NCBI RefSeq assembly: GCF_006345805.1
Contig: NC_042999.1
Coordinates: forward strand, 166,222,001-166,286,000
DNA: 64,000 nucleotides
Origin: Octopus sinensis
Taxonomy: Eukaryota
Direction: 5' to 3'
The position numbers were made by a program, and so were the translations under genes. Shown in pieces: positions 24,656 through 36,870 of this stretch. The notes below the pieces were generated by a model. It saw nothing but the letters and a program-made list of their open reading frames with translations. It ran no database searches and had not been told where the DNA came from. Positions within the stretch are counted from its first letter, which is position 1, and each line of letters begins with the position of its first letter.

Positions 24656-24751
24656 GTTCCCTGTCTCTGTCTTTTCTTTATCTAATAATAACTGAAAAAA
24701 CTATGGCACTTTAGAAAATCAATACTTCATCTGTTCAATTTTTAGATGCGA

Positions 24752-24794
<43 letters not shown>

Positions 24795-25112
24795 GCTATT
24801 ATTCACAGCTTCTTTGTTAAAACAGGTGAGGGTGAAAATGGGGTACAGAAAAAACTTGACAATGCTTGAAATCCTTCTTCCTCAACGATGACGAATGACA
24901 AATGCAAAAGACATTCTTTTGATTAGGTTCAAGGTCAAAGCTAGCAGCGAGATTGTATATTCTTTTGAGTTCACTTGATATATTACTGGTACTTATTTAT
25001 TTGGAGCCTCTGCTCGGTCGCTCGATCTAGAAATAGCAACCAAATCTTTCTAAAATCAAATCCTACCTTCTTAATAAAAGAAGGACAAATTGGATAATGT
25101 AGTCACAAATAC

Positions 25113-25541
25113 ACTCTTTTACTCTTTTTCTCTTTTACTCTTTTTCTCTTTTACTCTTTTTCTCTTTTACTAGTTTCAGTCATTTGACTGCGACCATGCT
25201 GGAGCACCGCCTTTAATCGAGCTTTTGTAAGCCCAGTACTTATTCTATCGGTCTCTTTTGCCGAACCGCTAAGTGACGGGGACGTAAACACACCAGCATC
25301 GGTTGTCAAGCAATGCTAGGGGGACAAACACAGACACACAAACATATACATACACATACATATATGTATACATATATACGACAGGCTTTTTTCAGTTTCC
25401 GTCTACCAAATCCACTCACAAGGCATTGGTCGGCCCGGGGCTATAGCAGAAGACACTTGCCCAAGATGCCACGCAGTGGGACTGAACCCGGAACCATGTG
25501 GTTGGTTAGCAAGCTACTTACCACACAGCCACTCCTGCGCC
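25113..25541 (-). mobile_element. SINE family A, full length
   Basis: Near-identical to 5724-6135. Confidence 0.92.
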
Positions 25542-25584
25542 TATCTGCAAAATAAATAAATAAATAAATAAATAAAAATAAACC

Positions 25585-25712
25585 TTAGGATCACAGCCTT
25601 TGATCATATCAGAAGCAAAACAGCAAAACGCCGCTGCCGCCAACAACAACAACAAAAACAACCACCACCAAAATTATTTATTGATCTTGGAACGGAGGAG
25701 AACCAAACTTTC
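25585..25712 (+). repeat. Short (about 120 bp) interspersed element with a (GCC)(CAA) core, copy 1
   Basis: Reverse-complement homolog inserted in the hAT transposase at 26920-27044. Confidence 0.7.
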
Positions 25713-25953
25713 AGCCATCAAAATTTTACTGAAATACGAAACTAAGTTCAGTATAACGAAGAAAGTATCAGTCCCATAAAAGCGACCGCAGACAGGAACC
25801 TTCAACCGAGAGAAGGTAGTTTCCACTTCGTAGATATGTGTAGGGTTCCTTGGTTGTCCCTATATAACCGTCGCTTTATTTATGCTATTTCACTGTACTG
25901 TAACAGTTATTTCAAGCATTTGTTTTCATATTCAGCAGGATTGTATTAAATAA

Positions 25954-26349
25954 CTAGCAGTATCGCCCGGCGTTGCTCGGGTTTGTAAGGGAAATAACTA
26001 TATAAGCATTTTTAGAGATGTAAAGTATAATAGCCATCTCAATATGGCTAACCACAAAGGGGGGGGGTGTTACTGTAGCTTTTTACGTTCTGAGATTTAA
26101 TATTACATTTTAGAGAGTTACTTCCCTTATATAATAGCGAAAAAATGCATTAAAAATGGGAAAAAGATGGTAAATTTTTTTTTTAAATCGTAGACTCATC
26201 GTAGACGCGCGCTAATACCCAGAAGGGCTCGATATGAATCACGACTATAAGATACCCGGTTTTGGTTAAACTGCACCGCAAAATGTGGGAGTAGTTAGGA
26301 ATCTAAATCGTAGGAGACAGACACACAACCTCACTTTTATATATAAAGA
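25954..26349 (-). mobile_element. Non-autonomous Helitron H1
   Basis: Reverse complement of the TC ... hairpin-CTAG ends; A/T target. Confidence 0.92.
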
Positions 26350-26919
26350 TGTAATCCAGATGAACAATGCCTTAAAAACAAATATGATGGTTTAAACTTA
26401 AAATGTGCGACTGTGACTTGTGCAGAAGGGAATGATGACAGTACTTTTTTTCTTTTTCACTGTTGTTGGTGTTGTTTCGAAAATGTGTGTTTGTAAATAG
26501 TACTGTTTGATTCTACTTTTGTGAAAACCTTTTCGTAGAGATTTTAATGGTTTTTAGTTCGACTAAGCCACGGGTCACCAAACTACGGCCCGTGGGCCGG
26601 ATCCGGTCCGCGACGTCAATTTGTCCGGCCCACTGTCGTATGCTGAAAAAAATAAACATGCTTTTATATTGCTTCTTACACTTCTAAGACTATGCATGGC
26701 GTATGTATACTGAGTCAGTCACATCACGCATTATGTATTCCACAGTACATCACGTGTGCCTCGGGCTAGTCAGTTATTAGTGATTACAATTAAAACGAGA
26801 CTATCTGACGCTGAGGCCTAAGACTGCTTTTGTTTTTTCTTCACCCATCATTATGGCTACTAAAAAGAGAAAGGTTGATAATGAATGTCGCATTTTCAAT
26901 AAAGAATGGGGAGAAAAGT

Positions 26920-27044
26920 GGTTCACCTCCGTTTCAAGATCAATAAATAATCTTGGTGGTTGTTTTTGTTGTTGTTGTTGTTGGCGGCGGCGGCGATCGT
27001 TTTGCTGCTTTGCTCCTGATCAACTCTGATCCAGAAGACTTTGT
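26920..27044 (-). repeat. Short interspersed element, copy 2, inserted in the transposase
   Basis: Interrupts the E-K-Y-F-V-E codons; homologous to 25585-25712. Confidence 0.7.
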
Positions 27045-28844
27045 GGAAACAAACGACCAGAAAGCTAGTTGCCTGATATGCAACGAAAGTGTTGCTGTTA
27101 TGAAAGAGTACAATATTCGTCGTCATCGCTACGAAGCAAAATATCTCCCAACACATTCTAAATATTCTGGAAAGTTGCGGTCCAAGAAATTTGGAATCTC
27201 AAAGGAATTTCTTTACGAAAAAGTTTGTTGAAAATGAATTTATCGCTGGTGTAAGTTAGAAAATAGTGAATAAGTTGACAGAGCGAGGAAAACCATTTAC
27301 TAAAGGAAACTTTGTAAAAGAGTGCATGATGGAAGCAGCAAATGACTTGTGTCCTGAAAAAGCTAACATGTTTGGCTGTATCAGTCTTTCAGCAAGTTGA
27401 GTTGTGTGGAGAATAGAACTTGGAGAGAATATACAGTGAAGAGAATACATGAGAAAGCTAAGAAATTTCTATGGTCTTCTTTTGAGATGGATGAGTCTAT
27501 TGATCTCTCTAGTACGTCACAACTTCTTGCGTTCCTTCGTGGTATCAATTGCAACTTTGAGATTATAGGAGAAATGACATCCATTGCAGTATACATGGAA
27601 CAACAACCGGAGAAGATATTTTCATGGAGGTGCAGAAAACTTTGCAAAACTACAACCTTCAGTGGAATCAGCTTCGGTGTGTTACAGTCGATGGAGGAAA
27701 AAACATGGCAGGAGTGAGGAAGGGTTTGGTGGGGCGGATCCAGACCAAGTTGGAGGAGCTTTAACCTCCGAAAACTCTGTTTATACACTGCATTATACAT
27801 CAACAAACTTTCTGTGGAAAACACTTAGATATTTTTTGCGTACTAAAACCGGTTACAACTGTGGTGAACTTGATTCGGAATCATGGGCTTAATCACCGAC
27901 AGTTCCAGGCTTTCCTTGATAAAAAAAATGGATTCTAATTTCTGTGACTTACCTTACTACACAGAAGTGAGATGGGCTCAATTGTGGTAAAATCCTGTTT
28001 CGTTTTCGTATGCTCCGAAGAGAAATAGATCTTTATCTGACCGGAAAGAATAGAGCTGATCCACAGCTGTCAGATCATTCATGGTTATCAAAGTTGTCAT
28101 TTTTAGTTGACGTCACTTCTCATATGAATGAATGGAATTTAAAACTGCAAGGAAAGAATAAACTTGTCTGTGATCTCTACAGAATAAAACCAGCATTTCG
28201 GAGAAAGCTATAATTGTTTGAAGCACAACTTGAAGGAGGAAACTTCCCTCATTTTCAGTGTTTTCAAGAGTTTTGCACAGAAAATGTGGAACATGTTAAC
28301 CTCGAGTTTCAGAAAGAAATTATTTGGAACTTAAATAAGCAATTTTCTCAAAGACTTCAGATCTTGATAGAAATGAGAATGAAATTCTTTTGTTTGAGAA
28401 TCCTTTTGGCTGTAATCTTGATAACATGCCAACTGAACTACAACTGGAGCTTATTGACTTGTAAGCTAATACCTTGTTGAAAGAGAAGCCCAGAGAAGGA
28501 AAACTCATTGAATTTTATCACTGCTTGCTTGTTGATGAGTTTTCAAATTTTTTGGAACAACTTATGTTTGTGAGCAAACTTTTTAAAAAATGAAGTGTGT
28601 GAAGTCAATACATTGAACAAGGCTCACTGATGAACATTTGAAAGCAATTCTTATGGTTGGCTGCAACAATCATAAAGCAAATATTGATGACTAGAAGACA
28701 TACCCGGCTTTACTCGGTTACATTCAATTGAAGAATTAGACTTTTCCGTTATATTTTCTGTAATGAACTGGAATATATATGTTTTGAATTTCATCAAAAT
28801 TGCAGGTGAGGGTTATTTCCCTCTTTACATACCCTAAAAAAATG

Positions 28845-30270
28845 GTGGACTTCCGATTTTTTGGAGCAGGATGAAGAGTCCTTTTCTACTTAGCAAGTCA
28901 AAGGCCTTTGTCAGATCAACGAAGGCCATATATAATGGCATTTTCTGCTCTCTGGACTTCTCCTGAAGTTGGCGTATGGAGAATATCATGTCAATAGTTG
29001 ATCTGCTTCTTCTAAAGCCACACTGCGATTCTGGATAAATTCGAGAAGCAAGCAGTTGTAGCCTGGCCATGATAACGCGAGCAAAGGTCTTTCCAACAGT
29101 GCTTAGAAGAGATATTCCACGGTAATTGTTACAATCACCACGGTCACCTTTGTTTTTGTAAAGCGTAATGATGTTAGCATCCCGCATATCCTGAGGGACT
29201 GTACCCTCTTCCCAGCACTGACACAGAAGCTCATAAAGGTGCCGAAGCAGGATGGTGTTTTTGCCGGTTTTGATGATCTCTGAGGGGATGCCGTCTTTTC
29301 CCGGAGCCTTGTCACTTGCTAGGGAGTCAATAGACTTGATGAGATCTGCTATAGATGGCAGACTGTCAAGTTCGCACATGACTGGCAAGATCTTGACACT
29401 CTCGATTGCAGCCTCAGCTATACTGGTCTCCTGTGAGTAGAGATCCTGGTGGTACTCCACCCATCTATCCATTTGCTTGCTTTGGTCCTTGATGAGATTT
29501 CCAGTAGTTGATTTCAGAGGGGCTGACTTAGTTGCGGATGAACCGAGGGCCTTCTTCAAACCGGCATACATCCCACGGGTGTCGCACTGTCAGCAGCTGG
29601 CTGGATACTCTGACAGATTTCCTGCCAATACCTATTTGCACAGCGTCTGGCAGTCAGTTGGGTTTTACTTCTTGCCTTTCTGAGTTCTTCGAGTGACTTT
29701 GTAGAAGAATCACTCTTGTATTGCATCAGAGCTGCACGCTTTGCTTCGATAACTGTTTCCAGCTCTGAGAGCCCAGCACTGAACCAATCTGGGTTTTGCC
29801 TTTCTCTCATGCCGAAAGTATCTATTGATGTGGTATACAAAGCTTCCCTGATATAATTCCACCTACTTTCAGCAGAGGAGGTTGGGCAACTACTGTGGGC
29901 AACCTTGATAGAAACAGCAAAACATTTTCGCAGTGTAGGGTCCGAGGTTCTAGCAGTGTTAATGTGTGGTCGGCCCATTTTCTTGAAGTGATGGACTTTT
30001 TTAGACAGAATCCTCACCCTGCTTCTTATTAGTGAATGATCTGTGTCACAATCCACGCTGTGGTAACTACGAGTCAGTTGAACAGAATTCAGAAAGGATC
30101 TTCGTGTAATTATGAGATCCAGTTGATGCCAGTGGTGAGATTTTGGATATCTTCAAGATGCCTTGTGGTATGTCTTGTTGGTAAAGAATGTGTTGGTGAT
30201 GCACAAGTTATAGTATGTGCAAAATTCAAGTAGTCTCTGACCATTGTCATTCATGTTGCCAATACCAAAA
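28845..30270 (-). pseudogene. Internal fragment of the same RTE LINE family (APE end, linker and RT start)
   Basis: Near-identical to 2520-3390 where they overlap, plus the linker missing from copy 1. One frameshift near 29570; both termini absent. Confidence 0.93.
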
Positions 30271-30339
30271 CACATACACTTGCATATATACATACATATA
30301 TATATACGATGGATTTGTTTCAGTTCCTGTCTACGAAAT

Positions 30340-30399
<60 letters not shown>

Positions 30400-30414
30400 A
30401 TATATATATGTGTG

Positions 30415-30462
<48 letters not shown>

Positions 30463-30519
30463 CATAGATAAATTGATAGATACAACTGAGTGGGCAAACA
30501 AAAATATAAGACACTGCAT

Positions 30520-30851
30520 AGTGCTTTTTGATATTTTGATAAGCCTGGTACTTATTCTATCAGTTTCTTCTTGCGTAACCAGTAAATTATAGGGATGTAA
30601 AGAAACGAACACCAGTTGTGAAGCAGTGATGAGGGAGAAGCACAAAAACACACACATAGACTTACATATAGACATACATTTATATATACAATTGATTTCT
30701 TTCAGTTTCTGTCTACATAATCCACTGACAAGGCTTTGGTTGGTCTGAGGCTATAGCAGAAGACACATGCCAAGTTACCACACAGTGGGACTGAACTGAG
30801 GACCATGTGTTTTGGAACGAAGTTTGTTACCACACAGTCACACCTGCACCT
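30520..30851 (-). mobile_element. SINE family A, old diverged copy
   Basis: Degenerate match (GGCTATAGCAGAAGACAC..GTGGGACTGAAC). Confidence 0.75.
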
Positions 30852-30910
30852 ATGTATGTGTGTGGGGGCTTGTGTGTGTATGTGTGTATGGGTGTATATA
30901 TGTATGCATG

Positions 30911-30965
<55 letters not shown>

Positions 30966-31101
30966 ATATTACGTGTACATCTATATATATACATCTAGAC
31001 ATACATGTATACACATACATGTATATCTATAGAAATACATCTATACATATACAGCTATATCTATACATGTATATATATATATATATATCCATATATATAC
31101 A

Positions 31102-31143
<42 letters not shown>

Positions 31144-31407
31144 ATAATTAAATAGGGGTAGAAATTGATATTAATCAATTAAAACCAGTGGCCTAGCATA
31201 TTTTTAAAAATCCGAAGATTAAAAATATTTTTTACATACAAAATTTAAAGGACTGACCACTAAAAGTGGACAGTCTATATGCTAGATATAGACGTCAAAA
31301 TCGCTATATTCCACGAAGAATGTGTTCTCAAGAAAAAACTCAGCAAAAAACCAAAGCGTAAAAAGTAAGCAAGACAAATGAAAATATACGAAATAAAAAA
31401 CGATTAC

Positions 31408-31482
31408 CTATGTACTAATTAGTTTCACTTGTTAATATTCACGTATATGCACACGCGAACATCTGCAAGATCATCAGCATAG
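31408..31482 (-). ncRNA. Type I hammerhead ribozyme fold (family P1), minus-strand copy
   Basis: Stem I CUAUG/CAUAG; core CUGAUGA; extended stem II; GAAA; stem III A-CUAAUUAG-U; GUA cleavage triplet with predicted cut between 31413 and 31412. A distal stem I extension AAACGA/UCGUUU uses the spacer. Confidence 0.75.
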
Positions 31483-31510
31483 TCTGTCGTTTAAAGACAT
31501 GATTTCCAGA

Positions 31511-31585
31511 CTATGCTGATGATCTTGCAGATGTTCGCGTGTGCATATACGTGAATATTAACAAGTGAAACTGATCGGTACATAG
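31511..31585 (+). ncRNA. Type I hammerhead ribozyme fold (family P1), plus-strand copy
   Basis: CUAUG-CUGAUGA-U-[CUUG..AUGUUCGCGUGU GCAU AUACGUGAAUAU..CAAG]-U-GAAA-CU GAUC GG-UA-CAUAG; predicted cut after A31580. Non-canonical U.U at 10.1/11.1. Confidence 0.72.
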
Positions 31586-31681
31586 GTAATCGTTTTTTAT
31601 TTCGTATATTTTCATTTGTCTTGCTTACTTTTTACGCTTTGGCTTTTTGCTGAGTTTTGTGTATATATTTATGTATATATA

Positions 31682-31748
31682 TTCTCTACTATTTCAGTAT
31701 TACGTGTTAAAAGTGAAACAAAAACGTCTCTCTATTGTATGTATATGG

Positions 31749-31788
<40 letters not shown>

Positions 31789-31855
31789 CCATATACATAC
31801 AATAGAGAGACGTTTTTGTTTCACTTTTAACACGTAATACTGAAATAGTAGAGAA
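31682..31855. repeat. Perfect 174-bp palindrome centred on (TA)13
   Basis: 74-bp unique arms around the self-complementary (TA)n at 31756-31781. The ORF track gives the same peptide on both strands. Confidence 0.97.
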
Positions 31856-32680
31856 GATATGATATTGCCTTGGGCTCGCCCTAGGCAAGAAGTTATACTT
31901 TTTTTGCCCATGACACTACATGGACCCTAAGTAAGACATGTGTAAAATTTGAATGAAATTGGTTGTGTAGTTCTCAAGTTTTAGGGATTCACACAGACAG
32001 ACAGACAGACATTCTCATTTTTATATATATAGATATTTTGGAAGCAAAACGCTAATTTCACAAATCTCATTAGCTTTTGTGCTGTTCACTTTATATGCAA
32101 TTCAGCTATGTGCGCACTGTTTCTAAAAATTCTAACTTGTTAATATTTTGGTATTATTAAAATATGTTTATTGTTTTTATTATTTTGTGTATTTTACGTA
32201 TTGATAAATAAATAGGATGTGTACATTCAGTGTATTCTATATTGTACTGAATTGAACAAAATATTTATCCGACCCACGCTTGGCATTCTTTTAGCTATAT
32301 CTGGCCCTATATGAAAAAAGATTGGTGACCCCTGGACTAAGCCTACACATCGTCGTCGTCGTCGTCATCATCATCATCGTCGCCGTCGTCATCGTCGTCG
32401 TCATTATTAACAACCACATGTCAATGACGTGGCCTTTCCGCGGTCGCCCGACTTGCTAGAAACACCAGCTGAATCATAGCTTACCGTCTCATATAGAGGA
32501 CACATACGATAACGAGCTGCTACATACCTGTAATCAGAAGGGATAGTCAAATGTAAGATATCTTTAATCTAATATTTCCTTATCACGATTGATATGGACT
32601 GAAACAACATCAACAATATCATCTAACAGTAGTAATCTTGGGGAGGTAGTGAAGAACTTACTACATGCTTGTTCGACCTA

Positions 32681-32902
32681 TTATAATGGTTTCAAATTTT
32701 GTGACAAGGGCAGCCATTTTGGGGGAGGGGATGAGTCGATTACATCGACCCCTGTGTCTCTCTCGTACTTAATTTATCGACCCTGAAAGGATGAAAGGCA
32801 AAGTCAACCTCGGCGAAATTTTAACTCAGAATGTAGCGGCGGGCGAAATACCGCCGCTAAGCATTTAGCCCAGTGTGCCGCCGGTTCTGCTTGCCCGCCG
32901 CC
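32681..32902 (-). mobile_element. SINE family B
   Basis: Reverse complement of GGCGG..GCAGAA..GAGTT..CCGAGGTTGACTTTGCCTTTCATCCTTTC. Confidence 0.85.
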
Positions 32903-34630
32903 TCCGTTCCATCTATTATAACAGGCATCAAAATATTTAACTAACATCCTGTCGCCTTTAAAATGGTTAAATAAAATAATACTAAAAATAATATGCCAGA
33001 AAAGAAAACAAATTGGTCAAATTGGACACACACAATTATTTCTTCTAACATGTATGAACATCACTAGAGAGACACGCTACTCTGCCCGAAACGAGCTCTA
33101 ACACCCCTATAAAGTTGCTTACGAATATACAGAAATATAAATATACAAAAACTTCACACGTTTCAGAAACAATAACAAAAAAAACTTTTGCAAAGCTGCT
33201 GGTTCATTATAATACAATTACAAAAAAAAACCCCAAAAAACAATATTGTGTATCAAGATTCGAAACCGAATCGACGAATTGCTAACTTAAAATCATGGTC
33301 TAGTCATAGCGTTTTCATGTGATCCGCCGAGTTATTGACCAATCAGCAGTCAGGTATCACGTGATAGATCTTTCTAGAAAACTGTAGAACTTACCTATCA
33401 AGCCTTATAAATAAGCATATTTTTAGCGCCAACTTCAAAGAGTGTCGAGGATGTTTGGGTGGTAATGCGTTTCCACTGTCGTCAGGCCGATCCATTCCAC
33501 GCATATCTCATCTCTTACTTTAGAGTGTGGCAGCCTGAAACTCAACACCACATACTCTCTTGATGTTTTTTATAATTGTTATCAGACTCTTACTCAACCT
33601 TGATATTTGACCGATATGGATCCAACTGCCTTGGCAGCTTAATTACCAGAGCCTTTTTAATCAACAATTTGTAAAAGCTACAGAATTGTTCTTTCCAGCA
33701 TGTAGATCTTGTTGCGGAAATTTCTAAATCATGACTAACTTGAAAATCATTTGTGCGATAAAATAAAATTCTGTCTTCAGCGAGGTGTTGTTATTCATTA
33801 CACACAGACACCAAAACACCTTTCGACAGTTGTAAAACTTAATCGTTCTTGTTTTTTTTTTTTGTTCATAAAACTACACTAAAATATTTCGGGTCAAACA
33901 GACATTTTTATAAACTAAAAGATTTTATCTTTGGTTCATGACTTTCACGACATTCACGTATCAATATTTCAGGCAACATTTTTAGTACCTCAACACAGAG
34001 CACTGTGCATCCCTTATTATATTCAGATCAGATTAGGCGGATCCTATCACAACTGTGGAGACCTCATAATACAAGTTTTAGAATCTTGCATTCGCAAACT
34101 TATAGAAGATGACTGTAACAGAAATGTTGGTTTCTAAAATAGAAATCAACTATACAAATCCATGGTATAATAATATGTATATACAACCACTGCCTCACAA
34201 ATTGTCCTGCCATATTGCGCAAACCAAATACAACACTTTAATTCTCAAATACTGTCATTCAGAAAGAGTTCAATGCCTTTGTTCTCAAATATTAACCATA
34301 ACGCAAACGTAACACAATAGCATCACAATTAAATTCAAATCTTAAAAAAATCATCGCCAACTCTAATTCTCCAAACCACCTACAACAACCCTTCCCTAGA
34401 CATTGCCACCCACCAATTAATATCATAACAATAAAAAAGAAGTCAGAAAGAGAATCATCAACAGTCAACAGCAAAAACGTTGAAGGACATAGATTCAACA
34501 AAATGATAATAAATACATCTAGAAAACGCATTCCAGAAGACAACATACAAAATACAGTCATATAGGCAATCTTTTAGGGGTTTTATCTTCTATCTGAAAT
34601 AACAGAGCCTTTTCTAGTGTTTCATAACAT

Positions 34631-34841
34631 TAGTTTCAAATTTTGACACAAGGCCAGCAACTTCGGAAAGGGGTACGTTGTTTACATCGACCCTAGTACT
34701 CAACTGACACTTAATTTATCGGCTCCGAAAGAATGGAAGGCAAAGTCGACATCAGCGGAATTTGGACTCAGAACACGAACACAGACGAAATGCCAGTAAG
34801 TATTTCGCCCAGCGAGCTGACCATTCTGCTAGCTAGCCGCC
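34631..34841 (-). mobile_element. SINE family B
   Basis: Same consensus as 32681, diverged. Confidence 0.85.
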
Positions 34842-35276
34842 ATAGTGTTTCCATAATTAGTTCGCATCTACGATATGTGTTTAACTTCCTGAAAGAGCTG
34901 CAATTACACTGGTTCTGATTTTATTTCGTTCGTTTCTTTTAGTTATTCTAACAGTTGTTACTGTTGTGTTAAACGAGTTTCTAACGAGCCTTTCCCATTT
35001 TGAAGTTGATTAAATTTCCTAATTTTCATTCCAGGGAGCGTAATGCTTCGGTTAACGTTTGAAACTTTCATAAAATATGCAACAAAATAAATAAATAACA
35101 AAATTAGCGTGGGAGCTAATTTGGCACAGAAAAATATAAAACCCAAACGGAAACAACGAAATGAGGAAGTGGCATTTCCAAAAGGATCTACGTAAAGGAA
35201 CTATTTCTTAATATTTTGACCCAAACTAAAACGTGCGAAAGTGAACGTATAAACAAAAGCAGTGTGAAACGGAAGG

Positions 35277-35371
35277 TGTATGTATGTATGTATGTATGTT
35301 GTATGTATGTATGTATGTGTGTATGTATGTGTGTATGTGTGTATGTGTGTGTGTGTGTGTGTATGTGTGTA

Positions 35372-35406
<35 letters not shown>

Positions 35407-35950
35407 GTATGTGTGTGTATGTGGTGTATGTATGTATGTGTGTGTGTGTATGTATGTATGATGTATGTATGTGTGTGTATGTGTGTGGTATGTGTGTATG
35501 CGTGTATGCGTGTATGTGTGTATGTGTGTGTGTGCGTGCGTGTGTGTGTGTGTGATGTGTGTATGTGTGTGTGTGTGTGTGGTGTGTGTATGTGTGTATG
35601 TGTGTATGTGTGTATGTGTGTGTGTGTATGTGTGTATGTATGTATGTATGTGTGGTATGTATGTATGTATGTATGTATGTATGTGTGTATGTGTGTGTAT
35701 GAGTGTATGTGTGTGTGTATGTGTGTATTGTGTATGTGTGTATGTGTGTGTATGTGTGTATGTGTGTGTGTGTGTGGTGTGTGTATGTGCGTGTGTGTGT
35801 ATGTGTGTATGTGTGTGTGTATGTGTATGTGTGTGTATGTGTGTATGTGTGTATGTTGTGTATGTGTGTATGTGTGTATGTGTGTGTGTGGTGTGTGTAT
35901 GTGCGTATGTGTGTATGTGTGTGTGTATGTGTATGTGTGTGTGTGCGTGC

Positions 35951-35982
<32 letters not shown>

Positions 35983-36641
35983 TGTATGTATGTGTGTATG
36001 TGTGTATGTGTGTTGTGTGTGTGTGTGTGTGGTGTGTATGTGTGTATGTGTGTGGTGTGTATGTATGTATGTGTGTATGTGTGTGTATGTGTGTATGTAT
36101 GTATGTGTGTGTGTGTGTATGTATGTATGGATGTATGTGTGTATGTGTGTGTGTATGTGTGTATGCGTGTATGCGTGTATGTGTGTATGTGTGTATGTGT
36201 GCGTGTATGTGTGTATGTGTGTATGTGTGTGTGTGTATGTGTGTGTGTGTATGTGTGTATGTGTGTATGTGTGTATGTGTGTGTGTGTATGTGTGTATGT
36301 ATGTATGTATGTGTGTATGTATGTATGTATGTATGTATGTATGTGTGTATGTGTGTGTATGAGTGTATGTGTGTGTGTATGCGTGTATGTGTGTATGTGT
36401 GTATGTGTGTGTATGTGTGTATGTGTGTGTATGTGCGTGTGTGTGTATGTGCGTGTGTGTGTATGTGTGTATGTGTGTGTGTATGTGTATGTGTGTGTAT
36501 GTGTGTATGTGTGTATGTGTGTGTATGTGTGTATTGTGTATGTGTGTATGTGTGTGTATGTGTGTATGTGTGTATGTGTGTGTATGTGTGTGTGTATGTG
36601 CGTATGTGTGTATGTGTGTGTGTATGTGTGTGTGTGCGTGC

Positions 36642-36675
<34 letters not shown>

Positions 36676-36836
36676 GTATGTATGTACGTATGTATGCATG
36701 CATGCATGTATGTTTGTATGTATGTATGTACGTACGTACGTACGTACGTACGTATGTATGTATGTATGTACGTAGGTATGTATGTACGTACGTATGTATA
36801 TATGTATGTATGTATGTATGTACGTACATATGTATG

Positions 36837-36870
<34 letters not shown>

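Larger units (their letters stand above)
31335..31658. repeat. Long inverted repeat: 152-bp arms with a 20-nt spacer
   Basis: 31335-31486 is the reverse complement of 31507-31658, with 4 mismatches counted by eye. Confidence 0.97.
28691..32033 (-). mobile_element. Helitron (family H4) inside the hAT, itself carrying nested repeats
   Basis: Minus-strand 5' A|TCTATATATATAAAAATGAGAATG at 32033. 3' hairpin CCG-AGTAAAGC-CGG then TTCTAG|T at 28691. Removing it rejoins the transposase at an A/T site. Confidence 0.85.
26853..32073 (+). pseudogene. hAT (Buster-type) transposase pseudogene, split by insertions
   Basis: MATKKRKVDNECRIFNKEW; BED-like CLICNESVAVMKEYNIRRH; DESIDLS; LSFLVDVTSHMNEWNLKLQGK; RLTDEHLKAIL..NIDD, resuming after the Helitron as ILEAKR.FHKSH-stop at 32071-32073. 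Confidence 0.9.
26569..32334 (+). mobile_element. hAT DNA transposon, Buster/Charlie (SPIN-like) group, with nested insertions
   Basis: 13-bp TIRs CACGGGTCACCAA / TTGGTGACCCCTG (1 mismatch). Perfect 8-bp TSD GACTAAGC at 26561-26568 and 32335-32342, fitting the Buster nnnTAnnn consensus. Confidence 0.93.

Noticed and set aside
28622-28650. CTGATGA...GAAA hammerhead-like spacing
   Set aside because: Lies in transposase codons (RLTDEHLKA); stems I-III do not pair.
33290-33760. CCAAT/CACGTG/TATA cluster and a partly open minus-strand frame
   Set aside because: No recognisable protein motif or element ends; short motifs alone are insufficient.
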